Shown here one piece after another: positions 28,810-39,036 of a stretch of 64,000 bases of DNA (position 1 is its first letter; the number at the start of each line of letters is the position of its first letter). The position numbers were made by a program, and so were the translations under genes. The stretch spans positions 1 to 64,000 of the IMG/VR virus record IMGVR_UViG_3300033273_000658; one strand, 5' to 3'. Source of the stretch: a virus. The notes under the pieces were generated by a model. That model searched no databases and was not told where the DNA came from. It saw only the letters and a program-made list of their open reading frames with translations.

Positions 28810-30621
28810 ATGTCTATTATCGAAACACTTACAGAAGGCATCGTAAACCGTGACATGAAGAAGGAAGGCTCTGCTCTTCTTTCCAAGTGGGGAAAAACCG
28901 GTCTACTTGAAGGTCTTCAATCAGAACACGAGAAAGCAGGAATGGCTCGTCTTCTTGAAAATCAAGCAAAAGAACTTCTTCGCGAAGCTAACACAATGAC
29001 TGGTACTGACGTTGAAGGTTTTGCTGCTGTTGCATTCCCAATCGTTCGTCGTGTATTCGCCGGACTTATCGCAAACCAATTGGTTAGCGTTCAACCGATG
29101 AGCCTTCCTTCCGGACTCATCTTCTTCCTTGACTTCACTTTTGGAGCAAACATTGGAGATGGAAACCCAGCTTCTGATCGTCTTGGTAACGCAGTAGATG
29201 CTTCTATCTATGGTACCGATCAGGTTGGTTCTGAGGTAACTGGTGGTGTTGAACTTGTTGGTTCTAACAAGCAAGGGTTCTCTGGCCCTGGTCGTGATGG
29301 TCAAGTTGGTTACGCTTACGCATCTGCTACTAAAGATGTTACTGTACTAAATGCTAACTATGATGTTCAAGCAATCGACCTAGATTCTGCTACTGAAGAA
29401 CAAAAGAAGCTTCTTAAATTTGATGCTGATCTTCTTGCACTTAGTGGTTCTAGCACATCCCAGGCGGTGGCGGTTATTGCTATTGCGGCTGCTGGACTTT
29501 CTTCAGAAAATCCTGACTTTGAAAACTGCTCTCCTATGCTTCTTAATGATGCATCACTTACAGGCCAAACCGGTATTGGTGCTTCTGTTACAGCCGCCGG
29601 ATCTTTGGTTCGTCGTTTGACTCGTCGCGCTTCTGCTGCTGATGAAGCCACTGGTCTTGTAACCGAGGGTGAACTATTGTTCTTTGTTTCTGCTCCTTCT
29701 GGATCTAATGCTACTGAGATTGATCCTGGATCTCTGGCTAAAGTTGGTAACATTACAGCTTCTATCGTACAACGTGATGATGTTGGTACATCTTCAAACG
29801 TCCGTGGTGCGATTGCTGGATATAATTATCCTCTTGAGGGTGAAACAGAAATCCCTGAGATCGACATCAAGGTAGATAGCATCGCTATTACAGCACAAAC
29901 CAAGAAGTTGAAAGCAAAGTGGACTCCAGAACTTGGACAAGACTTGAACGCTTACCACAACTTGGATGCTGAGGTTGAATTGACTTCTATCCTTTCTGAG
30001 CAAATTGCTCTTGAAATCGATCGCGAGATCCTTGCTGACCTCGTAAATGGTGCAACTGCTGGTACATTCTACTGGTCTCGTTCTCCAGGTCTTTTTGTTA
30101 ATCGTGAAACCGGTGCTGAAATTGGTGCAAACACAGCTGCTCCTGATTTCACTGGTACAGTTAGCGAATGGTACGAGACTCTCATTGAAACCATCAATGA
30201 TGTATCTGCTCAAATCCATCGTAAGACACTTCGTGGTGGAGCGAACTTCGTAATCGTTTCTCCTGAAGTTGCTAACATTCTTGAATTCACTAGCGGATTC
30301 CGTGCAAACGTAACTGCTGATGCTGACAAGGGTGACATCGGTGCTGTTAAAGTTGGATCTCTCAGCCGTAAGTTCGACGTTATTGTTGATCCTTACTTCC
30401 CACGTCAAGTAATTCTTGTAGGACGTAAAGGAAACAGCTTCCTTGAATCTGGATACGTATATGCTCCGTATGTACCTCTCCAAACTACTCCTACAATCTT
30501 TGGCCCAGAGGATTTCGTACCTCGTAAGGGTGTCATGACTCGCTATGCGAAGAAAATGGTACGCCCTGACATGTACGGTCTTGTAATCGTCCGTGGCCTT
30601 CTCGGAGAGTCCGGAGCTTAA
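28810..30621 (+). CDS. Major capsid protein (T4 gp23-like)
   Basis: LLENQ, VQPMSLPSGLIF, KLKAKWTPELGQDL.AYH.LDAE.EL, YAPYVPL, MTRY. Confidence 0.96.
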   Translation: MSIIETLTEGIVNRDMKKEGSALLSKWGKTGLLEGLQSEHEKAGMARLLENQAKELLREANTMTGTDVEGFAAVAFPIVRRVFAGLIANQLVSVQPMSLPSGLIFFLDFTFGANIGDGNPASDRLGNAVDASIYGTDQVGSEVTGGVELVGSNKQGFSGPGRDGQVGYAYASATKDVTVLNANYDVQAIDLDSATEEQKKLLKFDADLLALSGSSTSQAVAVIAIAAAGLSSENPDFENCSPMLLNDASLTGQTGIGASVTAAGSLVRRLTRRASAADEATGLVTEGELLFFVSAPSGSNATEIDPGSLAKVGNITASIVQRDDVGTSSNVRGAIAGYNYPLEGETEIPEIDIKVDSIAITAQTKKLKAKWTPELGQDLNAYHNLDAEVELTSILSEQIALEIDREILADLVNGATAGTFYWSRSPGLFVNRETGAEIGANTAAPDFTGTVSEWYETLIETINDVSAQIHRKTLRGGANFVIVSPEVANILEFTSGFRANVTADADKGDIGAVKVGSLSRKFDVIVDPYFPRQVILVGRKGNSFLESGYVYAPYVPLQTTPTIFGPEDFVPRKGVMTRYAKKMVRPDMYGLVIVRGLLGESGA

Positions 30622-30643
30622 TCTATAACTTAGATTAACTCAT

Positions 30644-30682
30644 AAGAGCCCCCTTCCTTTCGGTTGGGGGTTTTCTTTTTTT
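30644..30682 (+). terminator. Terminator after the capsid gene
   Basis: AGCCCCC...GGGGGTT followed by T-runs. Confidence 0.7.
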
Positions 30683-30717
30683 AAACTAATTACATTATTC
30701 ATTTAAGGAGAATTTTT

Positions 30718-30945
30718 ATGAAACCGAAGAAGAAAAGACTTCTAGCTAAAAAGCTTGCTGCTGAGAAGGCGGCTAAGGAATTGCAAACTAAGCGTCTTGC
30801 TGAAGAGGCAGCTAAAAAAGCCGCTGTTGAAAAGAAGGCAAAAGAAGAAGCAGAAAAGGCTGCTAAACTTGCTGCTGAAAAAGAAGCTAAGAAAAAAGCA
30901 GCTGCTAAACGTAAAGCTAAGAAGGAAGCAACCTCAGAAGACTAG
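30718..30945 (+). CDS. Small Ala/Lys/Glu-rich protein
   Basis: AAGGAG RBS; AEKAAK/AAKKAA repeats. Confidence 0.7.
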   Translation: MKPKKKRLLAKKLAAEKAAKELQTKRLAEEAAKKAAVEKKAKEEAEKAAKLAAEKEAKKKAAAKRKAKKEATSED

Positions 30946-30969
30946 TTATTATGACTCGGAGGATCATTA

Positions 30970-32229
30970 ATGTCATTACCTGAATTAACACCAGCTTCTC
31001 AAACATCAGCTATTATACTTCCAATAACAGGAACAATTTCAAATGTAACCGCTGCATTGCCACTGGGTGTATATAAAGATTCATCAGAATTTCTATCTGG
31101 TGCTGTTGCGCAAGTTGCATTTACCTATAAAAGATTGGGTGGTGATGTTTTAGATATTGAATTGACAGAAGAAAATGTATACGCAAATTTTGAAGATGCT
31201 GTGTTGGAATATTCTTATCTTGTCAACATTCATCAATCCAAAAACATTCTTGGTTCTGCTCTTGGTGGAACAACCGGTTCTTTTAACCATAAAGGACAAA
31301 TTGCATCTGGTGATGCATTGAGTGGTTCAAACGTTCAATTGAAGTATCCAAAGCTTAATTTTGAAATTGCATTTCAAATCGGAAACAAATTTGCAACAGA
31401 AGCCGGTATTGGTGGAGAACAGACAATCTATTCTGCTTCTTTCGATACTGTTTCAGATCAACAAGACTATGATCTTCAACAGATCGTATCAGCTTCTGCT
31501 ACTACATCTTCCATGCCTTTTTATAACAAGGTTGGAGATAAAAGAATCAAGATTAGAAACGTCTACTATGTCACACCTCGCCAGATGTGGAGATTCTATG
31601 GTTATTATGGTGGACTCAATGTCGTTGGTGATTATCATACTTATGGACAGTATGCAGATGATTCCACATTTCAGGTAATTCCGGCTTGGCAAAACAAGAT
31701 ACAGGCAATCTCCTATGAAGACCACCTTTACACTCGTACATCGCATTATAGCTACGAAGTTATCAATAATAAGCTAAGATTATACCCAATACCGGATACT
31801 GTGTCACCTGAGAAGTTCTGGTTTAGATTTACAGTTGATGATACGGATATTTGGGAAGATGAAAACAACTCCGGTCAAGATGGTATCAACAACATGAATA
31901 CGCTTCCATTTGAAAACATTCCATACGAGAACATCAATTCAATTGGACACCAATGGATCAGAAGATTTGCTCTTGCTCTATCCAAGGAAACACTTGGACA
32001 GGTCCGTGGAAAGTTTGGTGGAAACGTACCGATTCCTGGGGAGAATGTGAGCTTAAACGCGTCGGACTTGCTAAGTCAGGCTAAGGAAGAGCAACAAGCA
32101 TTAAGAGATGAATTGAAGACAATACTTGACGAATTAACGTATCCAAAGCTTCTTGAGTCGGATAAAGGGATGGTTGATAATGCAAAAGCTATTGTTGCCG
32201 AGTCTCCATTGAAGATTTTTGTAGGGTAA
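30970..32229 (+). CDS. Neck/head-tail adaptor (T4 gp13-like)
   Basis: RLGGDVLDIELT; WIRRFALALSKE.LG.VRGKF; position. Confidence 0.8.
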   Translation: MSLPELTPASQTSAIILPITGTISNVTAALPLGVYKDSSEFLSGAVAQVAFTYKRLGGDVLDIELTEENVYANFEDAVLEYSYLVNIHQSKNILGSALGGTTGSFNHKGQIASGDALSGSNVQLKYPKLNFEIAFQIGNKFATEAGIGGEQTIYSASFDTVSDQQDYDLQQIVSASATTSSMPFYNKVGDKRIKIRNVYYVTPRQMWRFYGYYGGLNVVGDYHTYGQYADDSTFQVIPAWQNKIQAISYEDHLYTRTSHYSYEVINNKLRLYPIPDTVSPEKFWFRFTVDDTDIWEDENNSGQDGINNMNTLPFENIPYENINSIGHQWIRRFALALSKETLGQVRGKFGGNVPIPGENVSLNASDLLSQAKEEQQALRDELKTILDELTYPKLLESDKGMVDNAKAIVAESPLKIFVG

Positions 32230-32233
32230 ATAA

Positions 32234-32728
32234 ATGTCAGAAGATAATAAATGGAAAAAACCCTCAGCCCCTCCTCCTCCAATGTTCTTTGGAGAGAAAG
32301 AGCGTGATCTTGTAAAACAAGTGAATGATGAGATTATCGAAAGAGTTATTGGCCAACAAGTTCTTTACTTTCCGATTGACATTGAGACAACAAATTATCA
32401 TCCTCTATATGGCGAAGCAATTGAGAAAACGTTCCTGCCTCCAATTAGAGTTCATGCTTTGGTTGAGTTTCAAGGCATTGAATCGTCTTTCATGGAAAAC
32501 GTTGCAATTGACAAAGCAACAAAAATAAAAATAAACTTCCACAAAAGACGTTTAACAGAAGATCAAGATTTGTTTGTTAAAGATGGAGACTTTGTTAAGT
32601 ATGGTGATGTGTTCTATGAAATTGTAAAACTAATGGAACCAAAATTATTATTTGGACAAGTTGAACATAGATTCGAAATACAAGCAGAATGCATAAGAGC
32701 AAGAGACGGAGTATTCAATGCCCAATAA
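32234..32728 (+). CDS. Head closure/neck protein (T4 gp14-like)
   Basis: LYGEA, GDFV, YEI; position. Confidence 0.7.
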   Translation: MSEDNKWKKPSAPPPPMFFGEKERDLVKQVNDEIIERVIGQQVLYFPIDIETTNYHPLYGEAIEKTFLPPIRVHALVEFQGIESSFMENVAIDKATKIKINFHKRRLTEDQDLFVKDGDFVKYGDVFYEIVKLMEPKLLFGQVEHRFEIQAECIRARDGVFNAQ

Positions 32729-33551
32729 AGTACAAACACTAGAGCCATCAACAATTGAAACAATAGATCTCGGTATCTACAAATACGTAGATGAAGTATT
32801 GGACTTGCATACCAACACAAATTCTGGCTATAAAAAGGTACCATCTATTTGGCTGGGATCTGAGAGAACATTTCAAGTAAAAAACGATAAAGACATCAGA
32901 GATTCCGTTGGCAAACTTAAATTACCACTTATAACTGTTAATCGTGATTCTATTGCAAAAGATCCGTCTTTTAAAGGCTCCTTCCAGGCTCATGTTTTTG
33001 AGCAGGGTGATTATAAAGGTGGAGCTATAACAAGAGTTAGACGTATTCAACAAAAGAAAACAAGAAATTTTAAAAACGCTGATGTGGCTAGAGATTCAAA
33101 AAATGCAAATGACACCGGTAAATTTGATAGTAGCAAAGTTGTATACGAGTTCTTAACAAGCCCTATACCAACCTATGTCACTGTAATGTATACAATAACC
33201 TTGAGAACTGAGTATCAACAACAAATGAACGATTTAATGACACCTTTCATAACAAGAACCGGTCAATTGAATTCTTTTATCTTTGAACAAGACGGACATA
33301 AGTATGAGGCTTTTATCGAATCAAACCTTGCAGAAAACAAAAATACAACATCTCTTAATGAAGATGAGAGAATGTTTGAGACAAAAATAGTCATAAAAGT
33401 TCTTGGTTATTTAATTGGAGATGGAGATAATAGAGATAAACCACAAATAACAGTTAGAGAGAATGTTGTTGAAGTGAAGATCTCTAGAGAGCGTGTAATC
33501 GTTGGCGACAAGACTCCATGGAAAAAGAAAGACAAAGACTATCGAGAATAG
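32718..33551 (+). CDS. Tail terminator/sheath stabiliser (T4 gp15-like)
   Basis: LPLITV, P..V...Y.I......Q.QMN; position before sheath. Confidence 0.65.
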   Translation: MPNKVQTLEPSTIETIDLGIYKYVDEVLDLHTNTNSGYKKVPSIWLGSERTFQVKNDKDIRDSVGKLKLPLITVNRDSIAKDPSFKGSFQAHVFEQGDYKGGAITRVRRIQQKKTRNFKNADVARDSKNANDTGKFDSSKVVYEFLTSPIPTYVTVMYTITLRTEYQQQMNDLMTPFITRTGQLNSFIFEQDGHKYEAFIESNLAENKNTTSLNEDERMFETKIVIKVLGYLIGDGDNRDKPQITVRENVVEVKISRERVIVGDKTPWKKKDKDYRE

Positions 33552-33610
33552 TTCGTTTGGTAATAAACTACACTATTTATAAAGAATAATAGTTTTAAGG
33601 AGAATTTTTA

Positions 33611-36445
33611 ATGCCTAGTAAATTTGATTTTGTATCACCTGACATCCTTCTGCGTGAAGTTGACATGAGTGAACTACCACCAGATCCACCCAATGAAGGT
33701 GCTCTGATTATAGGTCAAGCCGTAAAAGGTCCGGCTATGAAGCCAATTAAGATAAATAACATTTCTGATCTTGAATCAGTATTTGGTTCACCATACCAAG
33801 GATCTCCAAAGGGAGACATCTACAGAAATGGTAATACTGCAAATCCAACTTACGGTATGTTTGCTGCACAAGCTTGGCTTGCTTCGAATACATCACCTGT
33901 AACATTTGTAAGATTGGCTGGTGAAGAAACTGGTTCTGGCTATACCGTTGCTAAGGCCGGATGGAATCTTGGTGGCGTTTCAGCTTCACTTAATGACCAA
34001 GCGGATGTGAAATTGGCTTATGGTCTCTGGATGGTTCCAAGTTCTAGTGGAGATGCTAGTGGAACTCTAGCTGCTATTTTCTATACAAATGGTGCAGCAA
34101 TGACGCTCTCCGGAACAATTGCTGGAACATCTACTGCAACTTCCTCACTCGGAACAATGATTGAATCTGTGGGTGCAGATGGTGGGTTTATTGTTGATGT
34201 TGATGACGGTACCTCCGTAGAGCAACTTAAATTTAACATGATACCAGGTGCCTCTTCTTTCATTAGAAAAGCTTGCAACACAGATCCGCACAAAGTTATT
34301 TCAGGACAAAAAGCTGAAACCAAAAAATACTTCCTAGGTGAATCTTTTGAGACAGAAATCAGTGATTTAGTTCTTGATACTTCTTCTTCTGCTGGTGACG
34401 TATACGGTATGCTACTGCCTTTAGCTAAAGAAGATACCCCAGCAAGTAGCTGGCTTGATCACACTCGTGCTGTAACTGCTGCTAGGACAGGGTGGTTCAT
34501 TGCTAATGATCCAACACCAACTGTTAACACTAGCTCTTTTGATGCAGCTAACATGAAAAAGCTTTTTAGACTTCATTCTTTAATTGAAGGAGAAGATTTT
34601 CAAAAACAATATTGTACAAGAATCATAATTCAATCTCTTGGTACTACAACAAAACCTTACACTACTTTCACAGTTCAAGTTTTCGACATGCATGCTAAAA
34701 CATATGTTGAGCAGTTTTCTTGTGACTTGAATCCAAATAGCGAAGACTACATAGCTAAAAAGATTGGAGACCAGCAAGTAACTTGGAACTCTACAAAACA
34801 AAAGTTTATCACTAGTGGAGAATTCCCAAATAACTCTAGCTACATTAGAGTAGAAATGTCCGGTGAAGATTATGCGGATGATGCTATTCCATTTGGATTT
34901 TATGGACCTTCTCGTCCAAAATCATGGGCTGTGGCTGGTCATGCTACAACATCATCAATTCCTGCCGCTTTGCAAGAAGGTGCTGATGCAACTTATGTTG
35001 CGAAAGGTGATGATGGTTACGTTTACGGTGGACACGATGGGCCTGGTTGGGCTGATTATCGTGTAACTGCGACGGCTTCATTTACTTGGCCAACATTGCA
35101 GTTGACAGACAATAATTCTAGCTCAACTTTCAGAAAACATAGCTTCTTTGGATTTAGAAGCTTTGCAAATGATAGTTCTTTTAGTGGTGTTAGTTCTGTA
35201 TACGGTCATGACTCTGTTGATTATGTTGACCTTTTGCGAGCTCTTCCAGATAGTCAAGAAATAGATGCAACTGGTGATTACACTGAAACTGCATTTATCT
35301 TTACACTAGATGACTTGCGTAAAGATGCTAATGAAGATAATAAATACTATTATGAATCCGGCTCACACGCTGCAGGTAATTCATACACCGGTACAAATGG
35401 AGTATCCTCTTTAATTGAAACTGAGGGTGTTAATAAGATTATTGCTCCTTTCATGGGCGGATTTGATGGTGTTGACATCACTTATGTTGATCCTTTCTCA
35501 TCAGATCGCGTTTTAGGTGCCGGCGGAACTAAAAATGATCACTATGCTGTTGCGGCAGTAGATAAGGCTCTTGATTTTATCTCAGATTCTGAACTAGTTC
35601 AATACGATGTTGTGGCTATGCCGGGAATCACCAAGACTTCATTGGTGGATACTCTTGCTGGTAACACAGAAGAACGCGGAGATGCCCTAGCTATTCTTGA
35701 CATTGAGTCTGGCTTCCAAAGCGAACTTGAATACGACTCTTCAAATAATGGATCGGTTTCAACTGTAATTACGAATACTAAGAATCACAATTTCAATACA
35801 AGCTATTGTGCAACTTATTATCCAGAAATTAAAGTTAGAGTAGCGAATGGCTCAACTATCACAATGCCGTCTTCTGTAGCTGGTATTGGAGCTATCGCAC
35901 AATCTGAGGCTGCTTCTGGTGCACCATGGTTTGCTCCTGCGGGATTCAATCGTGGTGGAATTGGAACACTTGGCGGACCTCTTGGGCCAAAAGTCATGAG
36001 AGCCGCTGAAACTCTTTCAAAATCTGAGAGAGACAGCCTGTACTCTGCAAACATCAATCCAATTGCAAACTTCCCAGGTGAAGGACCAGTTGTATTCGGA
36101 CAAAAAACTCTTCAACAGACAGCATCTGCTTTGGATAGAATCAATGTTCGTCGCTTGATGATTTATCTTAAGAAAAATGTTGGTCAAGTTGCTCGCACAA
36201 TCTTGTTTGATAACAATGTTCAAGCCACATGGAATCGTTTCAAAGCAGGAGCAAATCCAATTTTGGCAGATGCAAAAGCTAGATTCGGTCTTGCAGATTA
36301 CAAATTGGTTCTTGATGAGACAACAACAACACCTGATTTGGTTGACAGAAACATCATGTATGCCAAGGTATTTATTAAGCCAGCATATGCAATTGAATTC
36401 ATTGCAATCGATTTCAACATCACACGCTCCGGAATTGAGTTCTAA
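33611..36445 (+). CDS. Tail sheath protein (T4 gp18-like)
   Basis: FVSP...REVD; PWFAPAGFNRG; INPI; FGQKTLQ; DRINVRRL; EFI. Confidence 0.95.
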   Translation: MPSKFDFVSPDILLREVDMSELPPDPPNEGALIIGQAVKGPAMKPIKINNISDLESVFGSPYQGSPKGDIYRNGNTANPTYGMFAAQAWLASNTSPVTFVRLAGEETGSGYTVAKAGWNLGGVSASLNDQADVKLAYGLWMVPSSSGDASGTLAAIFYTNGAAMTLSGTIAGTSTATSSLGTMIESVGADGGFIVDVDDGTSVEQLKFNMIPGASSFIRKACNTDPHKVISGQKAETKKYFLGESFETEISDLVLDTSSSAGDVYGMLLPLAKEDTPASSWLDHTRAVTAARTGWFIANDPTPTVNTSSFDAANMKKLFRLHSLIEGEDFQKQYCTRIIIQSLGTTTKPYTTFTVQVFDMHAKTYVEQFSCDLNPNSEDYIAKKIGDQQVTWNSTKQKFITSGEFPNNSSYIRVEMSGEDYADDAIPFGFYGPSRPKSWAVAGHATTSSIPAALQEGADATYVAKGDDGYVYGGHDGPGWADYRVTATASFTWPTLQLTDNNSSSTFRKHSFFGFRSFANDSSFSGVSSVYGHDSVDYVDLLRALPDSQEIDATGDYTETAFIFTLDDLRKDANEDNKYYYESGSHAAGNSYTGTNGVSSLIETEGVNKIIAPFMGGFDGVDITYVDPFSSDRVLGAGGTKNDHYAVAAVDKALDFISDSELVQYDVVAMPGITKTSLVDTLAGNTEERGDALAILDIESGFQSELEYDSSNNGSVSTVITNTKNHNFNTSYCATYYPEIKVRVANGSTITMPSSVAGIGAIAQSEAASGAPWFAPAGFNRGGIGTLGGPLGPKVMRAAETLSKSERDSLYSANINPIANFPGEGPVVFGQKTLQQTASALDRINVRRLMIYLKKNVGQVARTILFDNNVQATWNRFKAGANPILADAKARFGLADYKLVLDETTTTPDLVDRNIMYAKVFIKPAYAIEFIAIDFNITRSGIEF

Positions 36446-36479
36446 ACTATTTACTGTATACTAATAGGAGATTTATACA

Positions 36480-37025
36480 ATGGCATTTTGGTCAACAAAC
36501 GATGTAGAACCTAAAAGAAATTTTAGATTTCAAGTTCAAATAACAGGACTTTCTGATTTGGGAGCTCCCACCGATATTCTTTGGTGGGCCAAAACCGTGA
36601 CGACTCCTTCATTTGATGTTTCAGAAGTAGAACATAATTACTTGGATAACAAGTTTTATTTTCCTGGTCGTGTATCATGGAATGAAGTTAGCTTAACTTT
36701 AGTTGATCCAATTTCTGTAGATGCTGTCCAGTTGACTAATAAGCTTCTAGAAAAATCTGGCTATGTTGTTAAAGCAAATGAGTTCAGTCTAGAAACAATG
36801 TCCAAAGTGAAAGCTACTGCTACTGCTATAAAAGGGATGAAAATAACAATTATGGATGCAGAAGGATTTCCCATTGAAGAATGGACTCTAAACAATGTCT
36901 TTATAAAATCAGCAAAATATGGTGATTTGGATTATAGTAATGACGATTTAAGGACTGTGGAGATGACTGTCCGTTACGATTGGGCAACATGCGAAAATAA
37001 CGATACTCAATTTGAACCACAATAG
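36480..37025 (+). CDS. Tail tube protein 1 (T4 gp19-like)
   Basis: EPKRNFRF, PGRVSW, EEWTL, GDLDY, YDWA. Confidence 0.88.
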   Translation: MAFWSTNDVEPKRNFRFQVQITGLSDLGAPTDILWWAKTVTTPSFDVSEVEHNYLDNKFYFPGRVSWNEVSLTLVDPISVDAVQLTNKLLEKSGYVVKANEFSLETMSKVKATATAIKGMKITIMDAEGFPIEEWTLNNVFIKSAKYGDLDYSNDDLRTVEMTVRYDWATCENNDTQFEPQ

Positions 37026-37033
37026 GAGCATAA

Positions 37034-37579
37034 ATGGCTTTCTGGTCAACAAATACAATTGAACCTTTAAGAAAATTTAGGTTCCAAGTGACACTCGGAG
37101 AAGTGCTTTACCATGCAAAAACCGCAGGTAAGCCTTCTTTTGATGTATCACAATCAGAGTATCAATTAATAAACCATAAAATAAAGTATCCGGGAATAGC
37201 TACATGGAACGACATTGAAGTAACAATTGTTGATTCTGTTGACAAAAAGTTTGGTGTTTCTTATTATAATAAACTTTTAGAATCAGGCTACAGTTTCGAA
37301 GGAAACAAAGATGGCATAAAAAAACAACAGTATAATGATGGAGACATTATCATAACACAGATAGATGCGGCTGGAAATCCACACGAAGAGTGGACATTAA
37401 AAAACGCATTTATAAAATCAGTAAAATTTGGAGATCTAGATTATTCTTCAGATGATTTGATGGAAATAACAATTACAATTGCTTATGATAGCGCAGAACT
37501 AGTAGATAAAGCCGGTGAACGAGAAGCCGGATTAAAAAAAGCTAAAGACGTCAATAATGGAACAGGTGACATATTTTAA
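37034..37579 (+). CDS. Tail tube protein 2 (paralog)
   Basis: MAFWSTN..EP.R.FRFQV, EEWTL, GDLDYS.DDL. Confidence 0.85.
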   Translation: MAFWSTNTIEPLRKFRFQVTLGEVLYHAKTAGKPSFDVSQSEYQLINHKIKYPGIATWNDIEVTIVDSVDKKFGVSYYNKLLESGYSFEGNKDGIKKQQYNDGDIIITQIDAAGNPHEEWTLKNAFIKSVKFGDLDYSSDDLMEITITIAYDSAELVDKAGEREAGLKKAKDVNNGTGDIF

Positions 37580-37592
37580 CAAAGAGGTATAA

Positions 37593-38444
37593 ATGAGCAG
37601 AAATAAAGATAGACTTGGGGGACATACCCCAGAGCCAGCAGAGGCACCACAACAACCGGTAGAAAAAGCTTTTGACCCATTAAGCTTTGTTGCACCAACA
37701 GAATTCGTTGAACTACCATCAAAAGGAAATTATCCGGAGGATCATCCCCTTCACGGCAAAGATGTTCTAGAGATGAGATTCATGACAGCAAAGGAGGAAG
37801 ACATCCTTGCATCCCAGACTCTTCTCAAGAAAGGGTTGGCGATTGAAAGAATGTTGGATTCCCTTATTGTAGATAAGAGCATAAAAGCGATGGATCTTCT
37901 TGTGGGAGATAGAAATGCTTTGATTATTGCTGCTCGTATCTCAGGATACGGAGCAAACTATAAAACCCAAGTTGCTTGTCCATCATGCGGATCCAGATCA
38001 CATTTTGATTTTGATCTTACACAACAAAAAATTCATGAGTCACAAGAAAGCGAAGAACTTAATCTTAAGAAACTTCCAAACGGAAACTTTACAACAAAAA
38101 TGCCGTATTCAAAGTTTAACATTGAATTCAAATTGCTTGATGGAAAAGACGAAAGAATGTTGACAAAATTAACAACAGACAAAAAGAAAAGAAAAATGCC
38201 GGAGACAATGTTGACCGACCAATTTAAACAGATGATTGTATCAATTGAAGGACACAGCGATCGCTCAATTATAGGAAAATACGTTGATAACATGCCAACT
38301 TTAGACTCTACACAGCTCAAAGCGTGTTACAGGGTAGCCTCACCCGATGTAAAAGTTTCAAGCGATTTTGAGTGCAATTCTTGTGGATTTACGCAAGAAA
38401 TGGAGGTTCCGTTTAATACGGACTTTTTTTGGCCTAACCGATAA
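37593..38444 (+). CDS. Baseplate hub assembly/tail chaperone (T4 gp26-like)
   Basis: VELPSKG, MTAKEEDIL, CPSC, CNSC, C-terminal FFWP. Confidence 0.8.
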   Translation: MSRNKDRLGGHTPEPAEAPQQPVEKAFDPLSFVAPTEFVELPSKGNYPEDHPLHGKDVLEMRFMTAKEEDILASQTLLKKGLAIERMLDSLIVDKSIKAMDLLVGDRNALIIAARISGYGANYKTQVACPSCGSRSHFDFDLTQQKIHESQESEELNLKKLPNGNFTTKMPYSKFNIEFKLLDGKDERMLTKLTTDKKKRKMPETMLTDQFKQMIVSIEGHSDRSIIGKYVDNMPTLDSTQLKACYRVASPDVKVSSDFECNSCGFTQEMEVPFNTDFFWPNR

Positions 38445-38619
38445 ATACTCCGAGGCTTTATACGAACAAATCTTTCTTATGAAGCATTTTGGAGGTTGGT
38501 CTTTCACAGAGATTTATAATCTTCCAATCGGACTTAGAAATTGGTTTTGCGAGAGAATGAGAAAGCAATTCGAAGATGAAAAGAAAGAAATGGAAAAAGC
38601 CTCAAAGAAAAGAAGATGA
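38422..38619 (+). CDS. gp51-like tail assembly protein; possibly a +1 frameshift extension of the previous gene
   Basis: YEQIFLMKHFGGWSFTEIYNLPIGLRNWF; no ATG/RBS before the start of this region; T7 run at 38424-38430. Confidence 0.6.
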   Translation, partial: TFFGLTDKYSEALYEQIFLMKHFGGWSFTEIYNLPIGLRNWFCERMRKQFEDEKKEMEKASKKRR

Positions 38620-38640
38620 TGCCCTAACGGGCATTTTTTT
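38619..38640 (+). terminator. Terminator
   Basis: ATGCCC-TAAC-GGGCAT followed by a T-run. Confidence 0.7.
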
Positions 38641-38672
38641 ATGTAAACTATTTATGTTAAGGAGAACTTATA

Positions 38673-39032
38673 ATGCAAAAATTCGATCTAAACAAAGAGA
38701 AAGGTACTTTGAACGAGTCAATCAGCAGAAGCATAGCTAGCTGGACAAAGACACTTCTTAAATACATGTATGGGAAAGATGCACATCTTGTCGTTAATCT
38801 CAATGAAGAAGATGAAGAAGTTAATACTACGAGATTTGTTATCAAAGGCGAATTTAAAGACGTTAAATCATACGCAAAAGCTGTTGTTGCGATGAAAGAA
38901 TTTTTGGATGCTTATTTAGAGTTCGGAGATCCTCACCCACAAACAGCGAAGAAAAGAACAGAACTTAGAACACACGTTGCAAATTTCGAAAATACAACCG
39001 GTTTGACTTGGCCATTTAAAGACGAGGATTAA
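38673..39032 (+). CDS. Hypothetical tail-module protein
   Basis: AAGGAG RBS; ACTATTTA upstream. Confidence 0.7.
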   Translation: MQKFDLNKEKGTLNESISRSIASWTKTLLKYMYGKDAHLVVNLNEEDEEVNTTRFVIKGEFKDVKSYAKAVVAMKEFLDAYLEFGDPHPQTAKKRTELRTHVANFENTTGLTWPFKDED

Positions 39033-39036
39033 ATGA

